Shown here piece after piece: positions 1-6,366 of a stretch of 64,000 nucleotides of DNA. Position numbers and translations under genes: made by a program. The notes under the pieces are model-generated. The model saw only the letters and a program-made list of their open reading frames with translations. It ran no database searches and had not been told where the DNA came from. The stretch is from Chloroflexota bacterium (GTDB lineage Bacteria; Chloroflexota; Anaerolineae; Anaerolineales; Villigracilaceae). Every line of letters starts with the position of its first letter. The first letter of the stretch is position 1. The stretch lies in assembly GCA_016235445.1 (NCBI GenBank), contig JACRLB010000032.1, positions 10,373-74,372 on the forward strand. Direction: 5' to 3'.

Positions 1-1590
1 ATTCAAATTCTAAATGTATCTGACTGGCATGGCCAGCTTGACCCACTGGTAATTGGCACTTCCCAGGTAGGCGGAGCCGCTACCCTTGCGGCGTATTTCC
101 AGGCTGAACGCGCGGCCAACCCGAACACACTCACGCTCACAGGAGGCGATGCAGTGGGCGCCACACCTCCTGTCTCCAGTTTTTTTGCAGACACGCCCAC
201 GATAACCGCCATGAACATGATGGGATTCCAGGTGGATACATTTGGCAACCACAACTTTGACGGTGGCATTGCCCGTTTGCAAAGCCAGATCAATCAGGCA
301 AACTTCCAATACGTTTCCGCCAATTTGAAAAACCGCAACAACAACCTGAGCGGTGTTAAAGACTTCCAAATCTTTAATCTTGGAGGAGTAAAAGTTGCAG
401 TGATTGGCATCACCAATCCCGAAGCGCCTACGCTGGTATTCCCGGGCAATTTCGGCACGATCACTCCGACCGACCCTGTCAAAGCCGCACTGAAGGCGCG
501 CGACAAAGCTGAAGATCAGGACGCCGACGTTATCGTCGTTATCTGCCATATGGGCGTAACCGGCTTCGATGCGACTGGCGCCCCCTTTGGCCCGCTGATC
601 GATTTTGCCAAAGCCGTTAATAAAGAAGGCAAAAAACATCCGAAGATCGATATCATCATCGGCGACCATACAGACATCCAGTTTAGCGGGATCATCAACG
701 GCGCCATGGTATACGAGAACCGCAGCAAAGGCCTGACCTATGCCAAGGCGGATTTGACAGTCGACACCAAAGAGCACAGGGTTGTGAGTCAGTCAGTCAC
801 ATTTGTAACCCCAACTGTTGCGGCGGTGACACCAGATGCGGCGATTGCCGCAATGGTTGATTCCTATCGCCAACAACTTGCGCCCATTCTAAATGTACCC
901 GCAGGCTCATCGTCACGCTTTATTCCTCGCGCAGATGCCTGCGGCCAATCTGCGGGACGCACTTGCGAATCGCTCGTTGGCAACGTAGTGACAGACTCAA
1001 TGCGTTTTCGTTATGGAGTTGACTTTGCGCTGACCAATTCAGGTGGGTTGCGGGCCAACCTCACCTGCCCAACAAGCGACCTCGCAACTGATTTCTGTCC
1101 TTCCTACGTTCCTCCCCCATACCCGGTCACTCGCGGACAGGTTCTGACTGTATTGCCATTTGGCAACGTGGTTGTGACCCTTTCCATTAATGGCGCGGAA
1201 TTAAAAACCATGCTCGAAAACGGAATCTCCAGGATGCCCGGTGTGGATGGGCGCTTCCCGCAAGTCTCAGGGTTATGTTTCAGCTACGATATTTCAGCGC
1301 CTGCTGGAAGCCGGGTACTCAGCGCCGTTCGCCAGGCGGGAGATGGAAGTTGCACTGGCGGCCCAGTGGACCTGACAGCCGCAACAACCTATACCATCGC
1401 TGAAAATGATTTCATGGCCAACGGCGGCGACGGTTACCCAAATTTCGCGAGCCGTATGGTAACCAGGGAAATCATGGACCAGGTACTTGCAGACTACATC
1501 ACAGCCGCCGGCACAATTGACCCCTCCATTCAAGGCCGGGTCGCTTGCACCACCGCTGGAGTGACAGCCTGCCCGATTGTTACGCCTTAA
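1..1590 (+). CDS. Bifunctional metallophosphatase/5'-nucleotidase, 5'-truncated by the window edge
   Basis: Frame is open from base 1 (IQILNVSDWHGQLDP, the D-x-H-G motif), then GDAVG, GNHNFD and GDHT metallophosphoesterase motifs. C-terminal 5'-nucleotidase domain motifs NSGGLRA, LPFGN, FPQVSG, NDFMANGGDGY. The ORF-track start at 154 is internal. Confidence 0.9.
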   Translation: MQILNVSDWHGQLDPLVIGTSQVGGAATLAAYFQAERAANPNTLTLTGGDAVGATPPVSSFFADTPTITAMNMMGFQVDTFGNHNFDGGIARLQSQINQANFQYVSANLKNRNNNLSGVKDFQIFNLGGVKVAVIGITNPEAPTLVFPGNFGTITPTDPVKAALKARDKAEDQDADVIVVICHMGVTGFDATGAPFGPLIDFAKAVNKEGKKHPKIDIIIGDHTDIQFSGIINGAMVYENRSKGLTYAKADLTVDTKEHRVVSQSVTFVTPTVAAVTPDAAIAAMVDSYRQQLAPILNVPAGSSSRFIPRADACGQSAGRTCESLVGNVVTDSMRFRYGVDFALTNSGGLRANLTCPTSDLATDFCPSYVPPPYPVTRGQVLTVLPFGNVVVTLSINGAELKTMLENGISRMPGVDGRFPQVSGLCFSYDISAPAGSRVLSAVRQAGDGSCTGGPVDLTAATTYTIAENDFMANGGDGYPNFASRMVTREIMDQVLADYITAAGTIDPSIQGRVACTTAGVTACPIVTP

Positions 1591-1612
1591 TTTCCGAACG
1601 ACATTTTCAACA

Positions 1613-1643
1613 AAGCATCCCGTCGCAAGGCGGGATGCTTCTT
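1613..1643 (+). terminator. Intrinsic terminator
   Basis: aagcatcccg/cgggatgctt 10-bp stem followed by ctt, just after the nucleotidase stop. Confidence 0.75.
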
Positions 1644-1691
1644 GTCATATCGATTTGTAAATTCAGCTTCCCTATTCAACGAAGTTAAAAA

Positions 1692-2174
1692 ATGAAAAAA
1701 ATCTTCCCGTTCATATTTTTGTACCTGGCCGCGTGCGCCCCTCTTTCAATGCCTACAGCCCCAACGCTTATTGTTGATCAATATCCAACCCTGCTTCCCA
1801 CCCCAACGCTGGCGGTTCAGATTAAAGTCATTGAAGGGGATGAAAGGGAGGAAGCTTTGAATTTTTTTTATGAATTGAAGATTCATATGGCGGCCGGGGA
1901 ATATCATCACCTCTCAGATGAAATTCGATATCCAATCACTATCAATGTGGACGGGAAGCCAAAATCTTTCGTATTCGCCGCTGAACTGGAGGCGAATTTT
2001 GATAAAATCTTCAGCAAAGAAGAAATTAAAACATTTATTTCCACCGACGAATCGGAGCTCACCTTCACGGCAAATGGCGTAAAGGTGGCGGACGGAATCT
2101 TATGGTTCGATCTGATCTGCATGGACCCTGCCTGTGAACATGCTGAGTTTTTGATTACAGAAATAGATAATTAA
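1692..2174 (+). CDS. Hypothetical lipoprotein
   Basis: MKK-hydrophobic-LAAC lipobox, Pro/Thr linker, acidic globular domain. Confidence 0.75.
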   Translation: MKKIFPFIFLYLAACAPLSMPTAPTLIVDQYPTLLPTPTLAVQIKVIEGDEREEALNFFYELKIHMAAGEYHHLSDEIRYPITINVDGKPKSFVFAAELEANFDKIFSKEEIKTFISTDESELTFTANGVKVADGILWFDLICMDPACEHAEFLITEIDN

Positions 2175-2261
2175 AAAACGTTCAAAAATCAACGGGCGGA
2201 GATACTGTTGATGAGACCCAGCACGATCACGAGTCCATACTTACGCAGTTCAAAATCTTTA

Positions 2262-2418
2262 GAGAGCGTTTCTTAAGTTCTTATCGCCTTCTTTTTGTAC
2301 ACGGATTTTCACGGAAAAGACGGAAAAGAGCGGCTTTTTTTATTGTTTCTTCCGTGAATTTCAGTACGCGAAGCATCCGTGCTGTCCATGTCCCAAAAAA
2401 GAGTTAAGAAATAGTCTC
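2262..2418. mobile_element. MITE-like element with IS5/IS1031-like ends
   Basis: Imperfect TIRs gagagcgtttcttaa / ttaagaaatagtctc, TTA on both flanks, internal 9-nt-periodic palindrome. Confidence 0.55.
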
Positions 2419-2559
2419 TTAGCCGCGAATTGCGTGAATTCCTGCTAATTTTTTCTCTACCGTACATGCAAATAAAGGCCTCCTTTTCCCTCACAGATTC
2501 CCGATTCGCCGAAAATATCTTTAGGGTTTCGTGTAAGGCAGAGAATTGAAAATTAGGGA

Positions 2560-2619
2560 AAATATTTATGATATTTATCTAATATATTGACAAGAAGATA
2601 CCGGGCAGTTATACTGCCC
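2560..2619 (+). promoter_or_regulatory. sigma70 promoter of sufR with two candidate operators
   Basis: TTGACA (2587-2592), 17 bp, TATACT (2610-2615). Palindrome AAATAT-N5-ATATTT at 2560-2576. GGGCAGT-tat-ACTGCCC (2603-2619) overlaps the -10. Confidence 0.8.
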
Positions 2620-2622
2620 AGT

Positions 2623-3249
2623 ATGAAATCTACGCGAGATAAAATTTTACAGACTTTACTGCGAAAACCACGCTCAACCATTAACGATCTCGCCGAAGCA
2701 GTCGGCATTAATCCCATATCCGTGCGCCATCACCTCACCAACCTCCAAATGGAGGGGCTTGTGGAAGGACAGGAAGAGCGCCATGGAGTGGGACGCCCGC
2801 GCCTGGTATATCTCCTCACCGATGAAGGCATGGAGCACTTCCCCACCCGCTACATGAAATTGACTACACGACTACTTTCTCAGATGAAGGAAACCATGCC
2901 GGGGCCGGTCGTGGCTAAATTATTCAACCAGATCGCTGAAGACCTGGCCAGCGAATATACCGAGGATATGAAAAATCTGAGTATGGAAGAACGCCTTGAC
3001 TTTGTCAAAGAAATGCTGGCGCAGGAAGGCTTCACCGTAGAATGGGAGAAAAAGGGCGGGCAGTATCATATCCACGAAATCTCCTGTCCATACTATCAGA
3101 TCGGCGTGGCGCATCCCGAAGTCTGCACCGTGGATCAGACCCTGATCTCAAAAATGCTCGCCCTGCCTGCCAACAAGGTGCAATGTATTTTGGATGGCGG
3201 CGCGCATTGCACCTATGTTGTACAGCCAGCGGAAGTAAAGAGCAAGTAA
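2623..3249 (+). CDS. sufR: SufR-like HTH transcriptional regulator with C-terminal Cys (Fe-S) motif
   Basis: N-terminal wHTH (VRHHLTNL, GVGRPRLVYLLT). C-terminal CPY-x10-C and CILDGGAHC. Followed by sufT. ATG 2623 preferred over TTG 2587, which is the -35 box. Confidence 0.75.
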   Translation: MKSTRDKILQTLLRKPRSTINDLAEAVGINPISVRHHLTNLQMEGLVEGQEERHGVGRPRLVYLLTDEGMEHFPTRYMKLTTRLLSQMKETMPGPVVAKLFNQIAEDLASEYTEDMKNLSMEERLDFVKEMLAQEGFTVEWEKKGGQYHIHEISCPYYQIGVAHPEVCTVDQTLISKMLALPANKVQCILDGGAHCTYVVQPAEVKSK

Positions 3250-3274
3250 ACACCCTTATTAACCCAGAGGAACT

Positions 3275-3619
3275 ATGAGCGAAGAAATTAAAGAAATTCA
3301 GTGGAGCATTCACACCACCCACCCTGAGATCGTGCAACAGGCTCGCGCAAGTCTGTCAGAGGTGGTAGACCCCGAAATTGGAATGACCATCATCCAGTTA
3401 GGTTTGATCCGAAACGTCGAAATTGAAAACGGCGTGGGGCATGTCAAGATGATCCTCACAACGCCCTTTTGCCCTTATGGCCCTGCCATGATCGAAATGA
3501 CCAAAGCCAAAGCCACCGAAGGACTGAACATGCCCGTCACCATAGACATGGGCATGGAAATGTGGGATTTCTCCATGATGGAAGACCCCTCCGCGCTGGA
3601 TTGGGGAATGTACGCGTAA
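3275..3619 (+). CDS. sufT: Metal-sulfur cluster assembly factor (DUF59/SufT/MIP18 family)
   Basis: VVDPEIG-x-IIQLGLI and MILTTPFCP motifs. Confidence 0.85.
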   Translation: MSEEIKEIQWSIHTTHPEIVQQARASLSEVVDPEIGMTIIQLGLIRNVEIENGVGHVKMILTTPFCPYGPAMIEMTKAKATEGLNMPVTIDMGMEMWDFSMMEDPSALDWGMYA

Positions 3620-3656
3620 CAAAAGTTACAAGTCGAAAATTGAAGGTCAAATGTCA

Positions 3657-3690
3657 AAAGACGCCATCCGATTTGGATAGGCGTCTTTCT
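3657..3690. terminator. Bidirectional terminator between convergent genes
   Basis: aaagacgcc ... ggcgtcttt stem with A/T flanks. Confidence 0.6.
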
Positions 3691-3751
3691 TCTTTCCTCT
3701 TTCCTCTTTCATTCACGCGAAGCGCTCATCCTTCACCCTTCATCCTTGCTT

Positions 3752-4399
3752 TCATTCTCCCTTTTTCCAGTGCATGGAATGTGGTTGTTCGCCTTCTGCG
3801 AAACCTGAAATGATGATCAAGGCGTTGGTCACATTCGTGCCAGGGTTTCGCCAGCGATGGCTTAGCTTGGACGCGAACAAAAGACTATCACCCGCTTCGA
3901 GGTGGAATAATTCCTTCTCTACATAATAATCCAACTGGCCGCGCAGGCAGAAGACAAACTCATGGCCGGTATGCACCATGCTGTGCGGGCCGCTGGAAGA
4001 GCCGCTTTCCAGCGTAAGCATGAACGGCTCCACCCTTCCTATAAACTGCTCCCCACCCAAAGCCTCGAACACGCCCCGCGTAAATGACATGCGCGTGCGC
4101 TCGTCCGATTTCAAGAACACCATCTGCTTCTTTTCAGTTTCCACACCGAAGAACGCAGTGATCGAAACCCCCAAAGCGTCTGCCAATTTATAGAGTGTGC
4201 TCACAGAAGGCGAGGTTTTCCCGCGTTCAATCATCGAAAGCGCGTTGGCCGACAAACCGCTTTTCGTGCCGAGCGTGCGCATGGAAATCCCCCGCGCCTC
4301 GCGCAGTTCACGCAAACGGGACGCCACATCCACTGATACTGCTTCTCGCTGAAATGCTTCCATTTGTTCCTCCGGGCTTGGGGGGTTGCAAATATTCAT
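3752..4399 (-). CDS. XRE-family HTH regulator with C-terminal cupin domain
   Basis: LRELREARG...LSMIERGKTSPSVSTLYKLA HTH and HTGHEFVFCLRG...H cupin motif. Exact start uncertain. Confidence 0.88.
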   Translation of the reverse strand: MNICNPPSPEEQMEAFQREAVSVDVASRLRELREARGISMRTLGTKSGLSANALSMIERGKTSPSVSTLYKLADALGVSITAFFGVETEKKQMVFLKSDERTRMSFTRGVFEALGGEQFIGRVEPFMLTLESGSSSGPHSMVHTGHEFVFCLRGQLDYYVEKELFHLEAGDSLLFASKLSHRWRNPGTNVTNALIIISGFAEGEQPHSMHWKKGE

Positions 4400-4538
4400 C
4401 CAAAGCCTGCCAAATTATACCCAATTTTTATATGACATTAAACGAAACTTAAGATGACACAATCCACTATTGTACAAACTGTCACAATATTATGATGGGG
4501 GTGCAAATATTCGTTTATTCACATATAAGCAGGCTCAC

Positions 4539-4886
4539 ATGGTCACCCCTACCCTAAAACAGGAAATCACCCAACTCGAAGCCAACTTCTGTGCGGCGCT
4601 TTCAGACCCGAATCGCCTTCTCATTTTATACTCCCTCAGCGAAGGGCCGCGCAACGTAACCGAACTTGGGATTGAACTCGGGTTGAACCAGCCCACTACA
4701 TCGCGCCATCTCAAAGTCCTGCGTGAGCGGGGGCTGGTACACACCGTCCGCACAGGCACAATCATCACCTATCATCTTTCCGATCCAAGACTCATTCAGG
4801 CGCTTGATTTATTACGAAACGCGATGCGCGACAGACTCGCACACCAGGCAAACCTGATTAATGAAGTTTCACAGGAGAATGTATGA
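4539..4886 (+). CDS. ArsR/SmtB-family transcriptional regulator
   Basis: ALSDPNRLLIL...NQPTTSRHLKVLRERGLV. Stop overlaps the start of the next gene (atga). ATG 4539 preferred over TTG 4470. Confidence 0.9.
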   Translation: MVTPTLKQEITQLEANFCAALSDPNRLLILYSLSEGPRNVTELGIELGLNQPTTSRHLKVLRERGLVHTVRTGTIITYHLSDPRLIQALDLLRNAMRDRLAHQANLINEVSQENV

Positions 4887-6319
4887 AAAACCGCTTCCCT
4901 TCATGGACCTTGGGACTGCTCGGCATAATTTTGCTGATTCTCGTCCCGGTCATTTACTACCTACCCCGCGCCCAATCCAGGAACGACCCTGCGGCTTACC
5001 TGCCCACAAAAGCCGTGCATGTGGATCACAAAGACATCGTCAACGGCGAATTCAAAACAGGGCAGGAAGTAACCCGCGCCTGCCTCGAATGCCACGAAGA
5101 CGCCGCAACGGAATTCATGAAAACCACACACTGGACATGGGAATCAAAACCCTTCGATGTCCCCTGGCGCGACGAAGATGTGACCATCGGCAAAGCCAAC
5201 CAGATCAACAACTTCTGCATCGGCTCACAAGGCAATGAAGTGACCTGCACCGCCTGTCATGCAGGCTACGGCTGGGAGCAGGGGCGCGAAGCCCAGCAAG
5301 CCAACCCCGAAAATGTGGACTGCCTCGCCTGCCATGCCGACCTCGGCTCATACACAAAGAGCAAATACGGCAACCCCGCCGAAGGCGTTGACCTGCTCGC
5401 CGCGGCGCAAAGCGTGCGCGCTCCCACCCGCGAGAACTGCGGAAAATGCCACTTCGATGGCGGCGGCGGCAACGGCGTCAAACACGGCGACCTCGACGAG
5501 AGCCTGTACTTCCCTGGCGAATCACTCGATGTTCACATGGGCGGCGAAGCAAACATGCAATGCACCGACTGCCATTGGACGGAAAACCACCAAATTCTCG
5601 GGCGCATGATCGCAGATAATTACACCATCGACCCCGAAGAACAAGTTTCCTGCGAACAATGTCACGTCGACCAACAGCACAAAGATGAACGCATCAACAC
5701 CCACCTTGCATCCGTTGCCTGCCAGACCTGCCACATTCCCGCAATCGCTCTCGAAGACCCCACCAAAGTCACTTGGGACTGGTCACAAGCGGGTCAGGAA
5801 GGACGCGAGGACGACCACTTCACCTACCTCAAGATCAAAGGCGAATTCGTCTACGAAAAGAACTTCACGCCCACCTATCTTTGGTTCAACGGCAATAACG
5901 AATATCGCTACATCCTCGGCGACCCGCTCGGCAAAGACGGCATCACCTACATCAACAAGCCTGCTGGAAATATCGAAGATGTAACTGCAAAGATATTCCC
6001 GTTCAAACTGCACATCGCCAAACAACCCTACGATGTAAAAAATAATTACCTGCTTCAACCCGTCACATCTGGCAAGGATGGATTCTGGACCACCTTCGAT
6101 TGGAACAGCGCCTTCGAACTCGCCGTACCCATCACAGGCCTCGCTTACAGCGGCGAATACGGCTTCACTGAAACCTACATGTACTGGGCAACCACCCACA
6201 TGGTGCAACCCGCAGACAAAGCCTTGCAATGCGAATCATGTCACGGCGAAAACGGCCGCATGGACTGGGCCGCCCTCGGTTACCCTGGCGACCCAATTGA
6301 ATGGGGCGGAAGAAAATAA
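4883..6319 (+). CDS. otr: Octaheme c-type cytochrome, tetrathionate reductase (OTR) family
   Basis: Eight CxxCH motifs (CLECH, CTACH, CLACH, CGKCH, CTDCH, CEQCH, CQTCH, CESCH), OTR signatures IGK-x5-NNFC and GGGG-x3-KHGDL, N-terminal membrane anchor/signal. Confidence 0.88.
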   Translation: MKNRFPSWTLGLLGIILLILVPVIYYLPRAQSRNDPAAYLPTKAVHVDHKDIVNGEFKTGQEVTRACLECHEDAATEFMKTTHWTWESKPFDVPWRDEDVTIGKANQINNFCIGSQGNEVTCTACHAGYGWEQGREAQQANPENVDCLACHADLGSYTKSKYGNPAEGVDLLAAAQSVRAPTRENCGKCHFDGGGGNGVKHGDLDESLYFPGESLDVHMGGEANMQCTDCHWTENHQILGRMIADNYTIDPEEQVSCEQCHVDQQHKDERINTHLASVACQTCHIPAIALEDPTKVTWDWSQAGQEGREDDHFTYLKIKGEFVYEKNFTPTYLWFNGNNEYRYILGDPLGKDGITYINKPAGNIEDVTAKIFPFKLHIAKQPYDVKNNYLLQPVTSGKDGFWTTFDWNSAFELAVPITGLAYSGEYGFTETYMYWATTHMVQPADKALQCESCHGENGRMDWAALGYPGDPIEWGGRK

Positions 6320-6366
6320 ATGGTAATTAGTAATCGGTAATTACCATTTACCAATTACTAATCCAA

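Noticed and set aside
10-777. Long antisense ORFs (e.g. 10-777, 15112-15894, 23631-24338, 24260-24874, 31770-32393, 48664-49449)
   Set aside because: Shadows of well-supported genes on the opposite strand in a GC-rich genome; no recognisable motifs
4539-4886. Calling the ArsR a BigR/SqrR persulfide sensor
   Set aside because: Only one Cys, not in the paired alpha2/alpha5 positions, and no ATTC-N8-GAAT box recognised upstream
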